Assembly: GCA_910588255.1 (NCBI GenBank)
Contig: CAJUOM010000002.1
Location: 15,470-79,469, forward strand
Length of the DNA stretch: 64,000 bases
DNA from: an uncultured Alphaproteobacteria bacterium
GTDB lineage: Bacteria > Pseudomonadota > Alphaproteobacteria > RUG11792
Direction: 5' to 3'
This document shows, in pieces, positions 30,844 through 41,077 of the stretch. Made by a program: the position numbers and the translations under genes. Each line of letters opens with the position of its first letter. The stretch's first letter is position 1. The notes below the pieces were generated by a model. The model saw only the letters and a list, made by a program, of their open reading frames with translations. It ran no database searches and was not told the DNA's origin.

Positions 30844-32118
30844 ATGATTGATATAAATTTCGTGAAACAAAATCCCGGCGTTCTTGATAATGCTTTAAAA
30901 AACAGAAACAAACCGCTGATAGAAAAAGAGTTATTAGAACTTGAAGAAAAATCAAGAAATTTACAAACTGAACTTCAAAAAATTCAAGAGCAACGTAATA
31001 TTTTTTCAGCAGAATTCGGAAAAGCAAAATCAAAGGGAGAAGATACGAGTAAACTTCAATCTAAAATGGATTTTTTGAAAAAAGAATTAACCAAACTAAC
31101 AGAATTATCTAATCAAGCAAAAACAAATTATTTAAATTTGTTGTGTACAATTCCGAATATACCATCTGACGAATGTCCTATTGGAAAAGATGAAAATGAT
31201 AATGTTGAAATAAGACGCTTTGGAACTCCAAAAATATTTGATTTCAAACCATTGGAACATTATGAACTGGGTGCAAAATTGGGAATGATGGATTTTGATA
31301 AATCTGCTAGAATCGCTGGTTCTAGATTTGTTTTCTTGTTTTCTGAGATTGCGAAATTAGAACGTGCTTTAGCTCAATTTATGCTGGATATACACACAAA
31401 AGAAAATGGGTATACAGAAGTTTATGTTCCTTTGATATTAGATCAAAAAGCAATGTTTGGAGTTGGACAGCTTCCAAAATTTGAAGAAGATTTATTCAAA
31501 ACCACTATCGGATCATATTTAATCCCAACAGCAGAAGCATCATTAACAAATATTCATAATGGTGAAATTTTAAATGAAAAAATATTACCACTCAGATATA
31601 CTGCATACACTCCATGTTTTCGTTCAGAAGCAGGATCTGCAGGAAGAGACACAGCTGGAATGTTACGTCAACATCAATTTGGGAAAGTTGAATTAGTCAG
31701 CATAACAACTCCAGATAAATCAGTTGAAGAACATGAAAGAATGACAGAATGCGCAGAGGAAATATTAAAAAGACTTAATCTTCCATTTAGAACAGTTGTT
31801 CTTTCAACGGGAGATATGGGATTTTCATCAGAAAAAACATATGATCTTGAAGTATGGTTGCCTGGACAAGATAAGTACAGGGAAATTTCAAGTTGTTCAA
31901 GATGCAATAGTTTTCAAGCTCGCAGAATGAACACAAAATTCAAAAACGAAAAAACTAATAAAAACGAATTTGTTCATACGTTAAATGGATCTGGAATTGC
32001 TGTTGGACGTTGTTTAATTGCTGTTATGGAAAATTATCAACAAAAAGATGGTTCTATTGAAATTCCGGAAGCTTTGATACCATACTTTGGAAAAGAGAAA
32101 ATAGATGCAGGAAAGTAA
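30844..32118 (+). CDS. serS: seryl-tRNA synthetase
   Basis: 424 aa. N-terminal coiled-coil arm and class II motifs (TAEASL, FRSEAGSAGRDT.GMLRQHQF.KVE, GSG.AVGR). Confidence 0.9.
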   Translation: MIDINFVKQNPGVLDNALKNRNKPLIEKELLELEEKSRNLQTELQKIQEQRNIFSAEFGKAKSKGEDTSKLQSKMDFLKKELTKLTELSNQAKTNYLNLLCTIPNIPSDECPIGKDENDNVEIRRFGTPKIFDFKPLEHYELGAKLGMMDFDKSARIAGSRFVFLFSEIAKLERALAQFMLDIHTKENGYTEVYVPLILDQKAMFGVGQLPKFEEDLFKTTIGSYLIPTAEASLTNIHNGEILNEKILPLRYTAYTPCFRSEAGSAGRDTAGMLRQHQFGKVELVSITTPDKSVEEHERMTECAEEILKRLNLPFRTVVLSTGDMGFSSEKTYDLEVWLPGQDKYREISSCSRCNSFQARRMNTKFKNEKTNKNEFVHTLNGSGIAVGRCLIAVMENYQQKDGSIEIPEALIPYFGKEKIDAGK

Positions 32119-32557
32119 TGGAAATAAACTTAGATCTTATGTCTGTGTTTATTTGATTTTGAAAGAAGGAGATAAAATTCTCCTTTCTCTTCGTCAAAAC
32201 ACAAAATTTGAAGATGGCAATTGGTCATTGATTGCTGGACATGTTGAGGAGAATGAAAAGGCAACAGATGCTATGATCAGAGAAGCTGAAGAGAAAGCAA
32301 ACATAAAAATCCTTCCTGAAAACTTAAAAGTTATATATGTGATGGACAGAATAACTCCAGGCAGACAAAATATAGATATCTTCTTTAATTGCTCAGAATA
32401 TTCTGGAGAATTATTTAATAACGAACCTCACAAATGCGGCGGAATTTCGCTCTTTGATATAAATAACCTTCCCCCAAACACTGTAAATTATGTAAAAAAG
32501 GCAATTTCAGATATCCAAAATAAAATAATATATAGCGAATTCGGATATAACTGTTAA
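32105..32557 (+). CDS. NUDIX hydrolase
   Basis: Nudix box GHVEENEKATDAMIREAEEKANI (G.5E.7REUxEExxU). Confidence 0.6.
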   Translation: MQESNGNKLRSYVCVYLILKEGDKILLSLRQNTKFEDGNWSLIAGHVEENEKATDAMIREAEEKANIKILPENLKVIYVMDRITPGRQNIDIFFNCSEYSGELFNNEPHKCGGISLFDINNLPPNTVNYVKKAISDIQNKIIYSEFGYNC

Positions 32558-32661
32558 TATATTGCAAAATTATACCATATATTGAAATCAAATTATTGTA
32601 TCATTACAAATATTATGTTAAAATAACCCCATGTTGTGTTATAAAATTTAGGACTAAAAAA

Positions 32662-33519
32662 ATGTCTAATTTATTAAAAGTATTTTATATACTTATAAGC
32701 GGGGCGCTAATTGCATCCCAAGCAAATGCATCAGCGCAAGTATCTCATTCTCAATATGGTATCTTAAAAGAAAAGATTGATACCGCTCTTGATAACAGTA
32801 AACCTTGTCCTGTTATGACTTATTGGGAGAAAAAAAACAATGAATGTAAGGTGCTCTTTCAACGAATATGTTTCAAAAACTCAGGAAATAATACAAAAAA
32901 TTTATCCATGTTTTGTCAAATAGATGATATGGATTATGAAGAAGACGCGGAACAATATGTGAATAATCAGCGTATTTATGAGGGATATAATTTATATATC
33001 TTCGAAAATATTCCGGAATATTTTACTCTAAAAAAACTGCAACTTTTAATAGGAGGTCCGGCTATGAAGGATGTCTCTCAACCAACTTATATAATAGGAG
33101 TAATGGATGAAAAAGGTAACAAAAATATTGAATTGCTGGATTCCGAATATCCTTTAGGAGAAATGAATATACCTAATTGGTCATATATTTGCGCGTATCA
33201 ATCTAATGATGAATGTGGTTTTGTTGAGCAATTGCAAGGAGAGGAAGAGAACATTATAAACGATTTTTTTGATACCCGTGATTATGCAATATCGGTATTT
33301 ACAAACCTTTCGAATAATACAAAACTACCTTTACCTGTTGGATTTAAATTATGTAGCTTTTTGCAAATAGATCGCGATAACTGGATTGGTCGTAGATTAC
33401 ACAGTGTGATTGAGAGTGAAGAAGAAATAGTACATCGAGCAATGGGAGACGGATCTCTGACCACGATTCCAGAAAATCCTTCTGAAATTTCTACAAAATC
33501 TTTAAAAACTCCTTGGTAA
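32662..33519 (+). CDS. hypothetical secreted protein
   Basis: I start it at the ATG at 32662 (MSNLLKVFYILISGALIASQANASA, a signal peptide). It is Cys-containing and acidic, with no recognisable domain. Confidence 0.45.
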   Translation: MSNLLKVFYILISGALIASQANASAQVSHSQYGILKEKIDTALDNSKPCPVMTYWEKKNNECKVLFQRICFKNSGNNTKNLSMFCQIDDMDYEEDAEQYVNNQRIYEGYNLYIFENIPEYFTLKKLQLLIGGPAMKDVSQPTYIIGVMDEKGNKNIELLDSEYPLGEMNIPNWSYICAYQSNDECGFVEQLQGEEENIINDFFDTRDYAISVFTNLSNNTKLPLPVGFKLCSFLQIDRDNWIGRRLHSVIESEEEIVHRAMGDGSLTTIPENPSEISTKSLKTPW

Positions 33520-33537
33520 TAAAATTAGATAAATATA

Positions 33538-33566
33538 TCCCTATGTTTTCTTTAGAACTATAGGGA
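33538..33566 (+). terminator. possible terminator hairpin after the secreted-protein gene
   Basis: 7-bp stem TCCCTAT/ATAGGGA followed by TATTTATT. Confidence 0.3.
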
Positions 33567-33820
33567 TATTTATTGTTCTTAACGAGTTTGTTCAAAGCCT
33601 GGATATAATTTAAAATCATTGCAAGATTTTTAGAAACGTGTTATTCTAAAAAAGATTAGATATGGCTTTAGGTATGATTATGAATTATTATTATATGTTA
33701 TCGATATAATTTTAGTATCATATTTTTAAGCTACTAATTTATCCCACAATTTAAAAATCCCTGATACTAATAATTATTTTCACGTAATCACTATCAATTA
33801 TTAAAAGAAAGGTTATTAGT

Positions 33821-35023
33821 ATGAAAAAACAATTAAGCGCAATATTTTTATTAGCTGGAACAGCTATCGGTTCTGGAATGTTATCTTTGCCTATATTCCT
33901 TACTAAATATGGGGTAAATTTCACATTCATTGTTATGTGTTTCTTTGCTTGGCTAACTTATTTCACAGCTATAATACGAACTGATCTTAATATAAATTCT
34001 GATTCGAGTTTTTCATTAAGAGACGTTGGGAAGTTTTTCAGTGGAAACTCAGCTTCGAAAATAGGAAGTGTATCATTAAAGCTATTATCATATTCATTAA
34101 TGTCAGCATACTTATATGGAGCAGCATCTTTATTAAAAACATTTTTTGATTTTGATCTGAAATGGATTATTTTAATAATATCGATATTTATCATATCGAT
34201 ATTGGTTTCAAGAATAAATATCATTTATATCAATAAGAAACTATTTGTATTATTACTCATAACACTTTTTGTTGTTATAATAAAACTTTTTCAAAATCTT
34301 AAATTTGAAAATATTGAAATACAACTTTCTAATGTTGATTACTCTGCGATATCATCTGTTCTGCCAATAGTATTTACCTCATTTGGATTTCAAGGATCAT
34401 TGCATTCATTAACGAAATTCGTCGATAATGACAGGAAATTAATCAAACGAGCTTGTTTATATGGAAGTTTAATACCAGCCATTGTATATATTTCTTGGGT
34501 AGCTTGTGTCATTTCAGTCATATATTCTAATAATATAAGCTTTTTCGAAAAGATGATAAAAAACAATGTTGAATTGTCTGAGTTAATATCGTGTTTAACA
34601 AATATTTCAAATTGCGCTTATATCAAAACTGTATCCTGGATAATATCAATACTAGCTCTTTTCACTTCCATCATAGGGGTTTGTGTCGCGATTTTTGATG
34701 AATGGAAAAATGTTACAGATCGAAAATTAAAACAAAAATTTTCCACATTATGTTCAACAATCATAACAATCTTCCCTACGATGTTTGTTGCAATATTAAT
34801 ACCTAACGCCTTTATTAAAGTATTAAATATTTCGGGAATGATCCTATCGATAATTGCCATATTTTTACCAACATTTTTATATTTAAAAATGACAAAGCAA
34901 AAGAATCTAAAGATTTCAAATTTGAGATATTTTGGAATCATAGCAATCACTATTATAGGGATTTTCATATTTTTATCTGGAGCAAAAGATTTATTTGATG
35001 AAATTCGAAGTTTTATAATGTAA
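33821..35023 (+). CDS. aromatic/hydroxy amino acid permease (HAAAP family, Mtr/TnaB/TyrP-like)
   Basis: 400 aa, about 11 TM segments, with the N-terminal signature LLAGTAIGSGMLSLP. Confidence 0.7.
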   Translation: MKKQLSAIFLLAGTAIGSGMLSLPIFLTKYGVNFTFIVMCFFAWLTYFTAIIRTDLNINSDSSFSLRDVGKFFSGNSASKIGSVSLKLLSYSLMSAYLYGAASLLKTFFDFDLKWIILIISIFIISILVSRINIIYINKKLFVLLLITLFVVIIKLFQNLKFENIEIQLSNVDYSAISSVLPIVFTSFGFQGSLHSLTKFVDNDRKLIKRACLYGSLIPAIVYISWVACVISVIYSNNISFFEKMIKNNVELSELISCLTNISNCAYIKTVSWIISILALFTSIIGVCVAIFDEWKNVTDRKLKQKFSTLCSTIITIFPTMFVAILIPNAFIKVLNISGMILSIIAIFLPTFLYLKMTKQKNLKISNLRYFGIIAITIIGIFIFLSGAKDLFDEIRSFIM

Positions 35024-35059
35024 GATGAACCTATAGATTCTCTACGAAGTGTTGAAATA

Positions 35060-36055
35060 ATGTTTGAAAAAAATTTAGAAAATATATATGAAAATTATGA
35101 TGCTTTCTTGATTGATATGTATGGAGTATTATACGATGGAAGTGGATTTTTCGATGGTACATTAGAACTTTTGAGAAAAATGAAAAATTCAGGAAAAAAG
35201 ATAATAATCTTAACCAACACAACAATAATCTCAAAATCTTGCAAAGAAAATTATTTAAAAAAAGGTTTGATAGAAAGTGTTCACTATGATTTGTTTATTA
35301 GTTCAGGAGAAGCCTTCAAGCAGACTTTACAAGACTATATTCCTAATGCAAAAACTTATTTCCAAGCTTTTCATCCAAATAACGATCTTTTTAAAGAAAG
35401 CCCATTAACAGAATCAAACTCTATTGAAGAATCAGATTTTGTTTATGTAGGTTATTTAAATGCGGGAAAGAAAATATACATAGCTGATGATTTAAAGGAT
35501 AAATCTGGAAATATAATACCCCTGGATAATTTGACATCCATAGATTGCCACTATATTCAGGATTTTGAAGAAATCTCAGGCTTATTAGATACATGTTTGA
35601 AATTAAAAAAAACTTTAGTAGTTGCCAATCCTGACTTATTTGCTCTTGAATTGATATCAACAAACGAATTTTCTACTAGAAGGCCTGTTTTATGTCAAGG
35701 AGCAATCGGTGAATTTTATGAAAAAATGGGAGGAAAAGTTATATATTTCGGAAAACCTTATTCAGCTGTATATAATTTTGCTAAGAGATTTCTTTCAAAA
35801 AATGAAAAAACAGCTATGATAGGAGATACACTTTGGACAGATATACTCGGAGGAAATATAGCCGGATTTGATACAATTCTGACACTGACAGGAGTATCCG
35901 GAGAATTTCTAAAACATTTAGATCAAAAGTCAGATATAAAAGACAAAATAGAATTTCTTTTGGAAAATATATCTTCAAAAATGACGCATAAAAACTTATT
36001 GCCTTATTCTCAAATTCCAACTCATGTGATAGAGCGCTTTGCAGGTAATTATTAA
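35060..36055 (+). CDS. HAD-superfamily class IIA hydrolase
   Basis: Motif I FLIDMYGVLYDG, TN.. motif II (ILTNTT) and motif IV GDTLWTDILGG. Confidence 0.6.
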   Translation: MFEKNLENIYENYDAFLIDMYGVLYDGSGFFDGTLELLRKMKNSGKKIIILTNTTIISKSCKENYLKKGLIESVHYDLFISSGEAFKQTLQDYIPNAKTYFQAFHPNNDLFKESPLTESNSIEESDFVYVGYLNAGKKIYIADDLKDKSGNIIPLDNLTSIDCHYIQDFEEISGLLDTCLKLKKTLVVANPDLFALELISTNEFSTRRPVLCQGAIGEFYEKMGGKVIYFGKPYSAVYNFAKRFLSKNEKTAMIGDTLWTDILGGNIAGFDTILTLTGVSGEFLKHLDQKSDIKDKIEFLLENISSKMTHKNLLPYSQIPTHVIERFAGNY

Positions 36056-36092
36056 ATTTCTTCAATTAATAAAGAGTTATAAAAATATAAAT

Positions 36093-36986
36093 TTAATAAA
36101 TGTAACCTTCATACTTTTTCATAAGATTATCGATATTTTCAAAGGGAACCTCTGCTTTAAGGAATTTATTTATCCAATTTAATAGTTTCAATCCTTTAAA
36201 ATTAACTATCATAGAAATACAATCTTTTTCACCTTGTAATATCAAAGGAACAAGATTTAATGACAATTTGGGATTACGACGCAAAAGGGTTTTTATTTTT
36301 GTTTCACTATTTAGTGTTAACATTATTTCTTTTTTCTTCAATTTACCAGCTATTCTATTATCCCAATCAGAGATTGAAGAAATTTTTGCATTAGGAAAAA
36401 GTGTTTCCGCAAATTCCAAATATGAAGAATCCTCTATAGCTATTGTTAAATTTTTATCTTTAATGAGCTCTTTTATTGATTTAGATCTATATGTTTCCAA
36501 CATTTGTCTATTTATTAAAAATAACTTTTTATCAACAACATAAGGATTTGTATAAAGAACTTTCCTACTACGATGAATTGTATATGATAAATGTGAAATT
36601 CCAATATCCCCTTCACCTTTTTTTATCGCATCAACTACATCTTCATATCTAGAATAACAACATCTGAAAATTAATTTGACTCCCAAAGCTTTTGCAATTT
36701 TCTTTGCTAACTCTATATCTTCACCTGTTAAATCAAATTTTTTATTCTTTTTCTTCATCAAAAATAATGGCCTGTTGGTATCTTTATTAGAACAAACAAT
36801 CAAAGTTTTTCTTTTCAAAATATCATCTATATCTCCACAAATTATTCCCCTTTCTTTTTTGAAATCAGGAAGAGTTGTTTGGTATTCTACCTCAACTTCT
36901 GTATTTTCTGCAGAAATAACTATCTCACAAAAGAAGAAAATTGCAGAGACAAAAATACCAACCTTGTTCAGTAACATTAAAAACAA
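36093..36986 (-). CDS. amino acid ABC transporter substrate-binding protein (family 3 SBP)
   Basis: Signal/TM N-terminus and the SBP_bac_3 pattern (G.DIELAK.IAK.LGVKL.F......D...A...G..D...S....T..R......T.PY). Confidence 0.55.
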   Translation of the reverse strand: MFLMLLNKVGIFVSAIFFFCEIVISAENTEVEVEYQTTLPDFKKERGIICGDIDDILKRKTLIVCSNKDTNRPLFLMKKKNKKFDLTGEDIELAKKIAKALGVKLIFRCCYSRYEDVVDAIKKGEGDIGISHLSYTIHRSRKVLYTNPYVVDKKLFLINRQMLETYRSKSIKELIKDKNLTIAIEDSSYLEFAETLFPNAKISSISDWDNRIAGKLKKKEIMLTLNSETKIKTLLRRNPKLSLNLVPLILQGEKDCISMIVNFKGLKLLNWINKFLKAEVPFENIDNLMKKYEGYIY

Positions 36987-37058
36987 AAACCAAGAACTTT
37001 CTGATAATATTTTATCAAATTTACATTAATTTTTGGTTAATTTATGGCTTGTAATAAT

Positions 37059-38516
37059 TTAAATCAGTAACTCTTTCAAGATATTGTTTACCATTTCTGG
37101 GTTTCCTTTTCCATGTAAAGCTTTCATAGATTGCCCAACAAAAAATCCGAATAGTTGTGTTTTTCCTGATTTATATTGCTCTACTTGCTTTGAATTATCC
37201 GATAAAACTTTCTCAATAACACTTTTAATGACAGATTCATCTTGAATCTGAACAAGTCCCAACTCTTTAACGAGGCTAGCAGGAGATTTTCCGGTTTCTG
37301 CCATTTCAGCAAAAACTGTTTTTGCAATTTTTCCTGATATTGTTTTATCAATAATCAAATCAACTAATTCAGCAATATATTCCACAGGGAATTCGACTTC
37401 TTCGATATCTTTTCCTTCTTTATTTAAAAGAGCAAAGAATTCACCAATCATCCAATTGGCAATCAATTTTGCAGATTCTGAAGCGGAAAATTTTGATGAA
37501 GCAACGATCTTTTCAAAACAATCTGCGATTTTCTTATCCTCAATTAACACATTTGCATCAGATTCAGAAATTTCGTATTCTTTTATGAATCTTTCTTTTT
37601 TGGAGTCAGGAAGTTCAGGCATAGTCGCCATTAGTTTTTCTATTCTTTCATCTGATAATATAACAGGTTTCAAATCAGGATCAGGGAAATATCTATAATC
37701 TGCAGCATCTTCTTTTGATCTCATTGATCTTGTTTCTCCTGCGTTAGAGTCAAAAAGCCTTGTTTCTTGGATAATCTCTTCCCCGGATTCTTTAGCTATT
37801 ATTTGACGTTCCGTTTCATAATCTAAAGCCTGTCCTAAAAACTTTATAGAATTTATGTTCTTAATTTCCACACGATTTCCGAATCCTTCTCCGGGTTTTC
37901 TAATCGATATATTGGCATCAACTCTCAAATTTCCACGTTCCATATTACAATCCGAAGTTTCGATATATCTCAAAATTGTGCGAAGTTTCTTAACATATTG
38001 CATAGCTTCATAAGAAGAACTCATATCCGGTTTTGATACTATTTCCATCAACGGAACTCCGGATCTGTTCAAATCAACATAAGAAAAATCTGGAGATAAA
38101 TCATGTATACTTTTTCCAGCATCTTGCTCTATATGAATTCTTTCAATATTGATAATTTTTTTAGAGCCATCTTTCAATTCGATTTCAAGATATCCGTCTG
38201 TAATTATCGGATAATATAATTGTGAAATCTGATATCCAGATGGAAGATCAGGATAAAAATAATTCTTCCGATCAAATCTGGAGATTTTATTTATCTTTCC
38301 ATTTATTCCAAATCCGGATTTAATAGCCTGATCTATAGCGTTTTCATTCAAAACAGGAAGCATTCCGGGCATTGCGGCATCATAAAAACTAACCTGAGTA
38401 TTCGGATCTGAACCGAAATTAGTTGGACTTGAACTAAATAATTTCGATTTTGTGGAAATCTGCGCATGCACCTCGAGTCCAATAACAACTTCCCATCCTT
38501 TTATTAAATTATCCAT
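37059..38516 (-). CDS. gatB: Asp/Glu-tRNA(Asn/Gln) amidotransferase subunit B
   Basis: 485 aa with GLEVHAQ, DRKNYFYPDLP.GYQISQ and a C-terminal GatB/YqeY domain. Confidence 0.9.
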   Translation of the reverse strand: MDNLIKGWEVVIGLEVHAQISTKSKLFSSSPTNFGSDPNTQVSFYDAAMPGMLPVLNENAIDQAIKSGFGINGKINKISRFDRKNYFYPDLPSGYQISQLYYPIITDGYLEIELKDGSKKIINIERIHIEQDAGKSIHDLSPDFSYVDLNRSGVPLMEIVSKPDMSSSYEAMQYVKKLRTILRYIETSDCNMERGNLRVDANISIRKPGEGFGNRVEIKNINSIKFLGQALDYETERQIIAKESGEEIIQETRLFDSNAGETRSMRSKEDAADYRYFPDPDLKPVILSDERIEKLMATMPELPDSKKERFIKEYEISESDANVLIEDKKIADCFEKIVASSKFSASESAKLIANWMIGEFFALLNKEGKDIEEVEFPVEYIAELVDLIIDKTISGKIAKTVFAEMAETGKSPASLVKELGLVQIQDESVIKSVIEKVLSDNSKQVEQYKSGKTQLFGFFVGQSMKALHGKGNPEMVNNILKELLI

Positions 38517-38534
38517 AAAATTCTCCAGTTTTAT

Positions 38535-40019
38535 TTAGTATATAGTTAATATATCTTTTCTTAATTTTTCAAAATCAGCAGATTCTTCTATAATCTTTGC
38601 AGCTTTAAATATATTTACTTCTCCAAATCTATTACCTATCAATTGAACTCCCATAGGCAACCCATCGTTTGATAATCCAGCAGGAATAGACATAGCAGGA
38701 AGTCCGGCTATATTCGCATTAACCGTAAATATATCATTTAAATACATTTCTACAGGTGTCATTTTTGCGGATTCTTCTATTCCAAACGCAGTGTTTGGAG
38801 TTGTTAGGGTTAAAATCAGATCTACTTTGGAAAAAGCATTATTTTTAAAATCTTCTTTTATCATTTTCTGAATTTTTAAAGCCTTAGTGTAATAAGCATC
38901 ATAATACCCTGCAGACAACACATATGTTCCCGTTAGTATTCTTCTTTTCACTTCCTCTCCAAACCCTTCAGATCTGGAATTGATATAAAGCTCATTAATG
39001 TCATTATAATGTTCAGCTCGCCTTGAATACCTCACCCCATCATATCTTGTTAAGTTCGAGGAAGCTTCGGCAGGAGCTATGATATAATATGCAGGAAGTG
39101 CATAAGGAGTTGTTTTTAAAGATATATCAATTAATTCACAACCGGCAGATACCAACCAATTTTTTGCCTTTTCAAATAAATCTAAATTTTCTTGATTCAA
39201 TCCTTCAATGTATTCTTTAGCAATACCAATTTTCATTCCTCTTATAGATTGTCCTAAAAAACTCGCATAATCTGGAATAGTAACATTTTCTGAAGTTGAA
39301 TCTTTATCATCATATCCTGCCATCGCACACAGCATTATAGCAGCATCTTCAACAGTTTTTGTCAAAGGTCCTGCTTGATCTAAAGATGATGCAAAAGCAA
39401 CCATTCCCCAACGTGAACATAAACCATATGTAGGTTTTATACCCACTAATCCAGAAAATGCAGCAGGCTGTCTTATGGATCCTCCTGTGTCAGATCCTGT
39501 AGCTGCGACACATAAATCTGAAGCAACAGCGGTTGCAGAACCACCAGAAGATCCTCCCGGTACTAATTTCATATCACTGTTGGATTTTTTCCTGAAAGGT
39601 AAATAACATGGCCCAAAATAGCTTGTTATATTAGCCGATCCCATTGCAAACTCATCCATATTTGTTTTCCCAATAAAAACAGCTCCATTATTGAGCAAGT
39701 TCTGAGTTACTGTAGACTCATATTCAGGCACAAATTCAGAAAGTATTTTTGAGCATGCGGTTGTTCGAATACCTTTCGTACAAAACAAATCTTTAACAGC
39801 AATAGGAACACCTGAGAGTAATTTTTCTTCCCCTTTTGATATTTTTTCATCAGCTTTTTTTGCTGCTTCTAATGCCTTTTCTTTATCCAGAGTGACATAA
39901 GCATTTAGCTCTGAATAACTTTCAATCCGCTCTATATAATAGTTCATTAGCTCTAAGGAGCTAAATTCTTTGTTTTTCAAACCTTTTCTTACTTCTGATA
40001 TCGTCAAAAATTTTTTCAT
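38535..40019 (-). CDS. gatA: Glu-tRNA(Gln) amidotransferase subunit A
   Basis: 494 aa with the amidase signature GGSSGGSATAVA...GSDTGGSIRQPA. There is no gatC next to it. Confidence 0.9.
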   Translation of the reverse strand: MKKFLTISEVRKGLKNKEFSSLELMNYYIERIESYSELNAYVTLDKEKALEAAKKADEKISKGEEKLLSGVPIAVKDLFCTKGIRTTACSKILSEFVPEYESTVTQNLLNNGAVFIGKTNMDEFAMGSANITSYFGPCYLPFRKKSNSDMKLVPGGSSGGSATAVASDLCVAATGSDTGGSIRQPAAFSGLVGIKPTYGLCSRWGMVAFASSLDQAGPLTKTVEDAAIMLCAMAGYDDKDSTSENVTIPDYASFLGQSIRGMKIGIAKEYIEGLNQENLDLFEKAKNWLVSAGCELIDISLKTTPYALPAYYIIAPAEASSNLTRYDGVRYSRRAEHYNDINELYINSRSEGFGEEVKRRILTGTYVLSAGYYDAYYTKALKIQKMIKEDFKNNAFSKVDLILTLTTPNTAFGIEESAKMTPVEMYLNDIFTVNANIAGLPAMSIPAGLSNDGLPMGVQLIGNRFGEVNIFKAAKIIEESADFEKLRKDILTIY

Positions 40020-40024
40020 CTACC

Positions 40025-41071
40025 CTACTCTACTTTCATGTTTTCAAAATCTTTAAAAAAACTAAGCACATATTTGGCTCTATTTTCGGAAGAAATTTGA
40101 TCTAATTCTATTTTATCATAATCTCCTTTTTTAAAATAACTTATTCCGCTTTCTTTTAAATTTTTCATAATTTTATCCAAATCCTCTGATTCATATCTGC
40201 CATCAATCCAACAAAGTCTAAATACCCCGGCCAGAAAAGCTGTCGCTTTCACATAGAATAAGGTTGCTTTAAGTTCAAAATCCGAAACTTTTCTATTAAA
40301 ATATTTTTCCAAGACGTATCTCATAGTTTTTGGATCATCTATTCCAGATTCATAAAAGAAATAACCAAATTCAGCAAAAACAGAATCTCTCCTGCTCTCT
40401 TGGAAATCTATAAAATATACCTTCTTATCATCAGAAATCAATATATTTCCGGGAGCTAAATCCCCATGTATTATAATCTTGGAAGTTTTGTATTTCTTAT
40501 AAACCTCTGTCAATTGATCATACCACTTGAAAAATTCAGATGGCACTTTCTTTTTACTAATTTTAATACCTTGAACTGAATCTCCTATAGATTCCAGCAT
40601 TGGTTTATTATGAAAAATATCAGTATTGGAGAAATTATGTATTATTCGCAAACCCTGGATAATTTGATTAAGAATATTTTCATTATTTAAGTCAGTTTTA
40701 GGATTAAAAATCCTTCCATTTATGTAATCTATAACAATTATATATGGATTTTTTTCGTTATCAGTAAATACTATTTCAGGAGCAAGTCCTTTTTCTGATA
40801 AGAATTTATGCATATTCAATTCAGAAATCCGATTTTCAATAGGAGTATTCTTGCTAAGAATCCTGATAACTAACGATTTTTCGGGTAAATTAATTTTATA
40901 AACTGAAGAAGATGACATTCCTCCTCTCAGTAATTCCACATTGATCTCAAGTGAAATACCAAAATTTTTCGCAAACTTTTTAATACCAATGTAATCTAAC
41001 TCATTTAGCTTAGTGGCATATAAAGAAGCAGAAAACAAAGTAAAAATCAGAAATATTGTCTTATAAAACAT
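40025..41071 (-). CDS. APH/choline-kinase-fold phosphotransferase with an N-terminal signal-like peptide
   Basis: Brenner motif IIHGDLAPGNILI, then YFIDFQES. The first 19 residues (MFYKTIFLIFTLFSASLYA) are hydrophobic, and there is no internal Met before the nucleotide-binding region. Confidence 0.6.
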   Translation of the reverse strand: MFYKTIFLIFTLFSASLYATKLNELDYIGIKKFAKNFGISLEINVELLRGGMSSSSVYKINLPEKSLVIRILSKNTPIENRISELNMHKFLSEKGLAPEIVFTDNEKNPYIIVIDYINGRIFNPKTDLNNENILNQIIQGLRIIHNFSNTDIFHNKPMLESIGDSVQGIKISKKKVPSEFFKWYDQLTEVYKKYKTSKIIIHGDLAPGNILISDDKKVYFIDFQESRRDSVFAEFGYFFYESGIDDPKTMRYVLEKYFNRKVSDFELKATLFYVKATAFLAGVFRLCWIDGRYESEDLDKIMKNLKESGISYFKKGDYDKIELDQISSENRAKYVLSFFKDFENMKVE

Positions 41072-41077
41072 ATGTTA

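Noticed and set aside
33627-33652. A 9-bp AT-only palindrome (TTTTTAGAA/TTCTAAAAA) upstream of the permease gene as a regulatory operator or a relative of the 24-nt motif.
   Set aside because: In DNA this AT-rich, such palindromes are expected by chance. It lacks the GGGAC core of the repeat motif.
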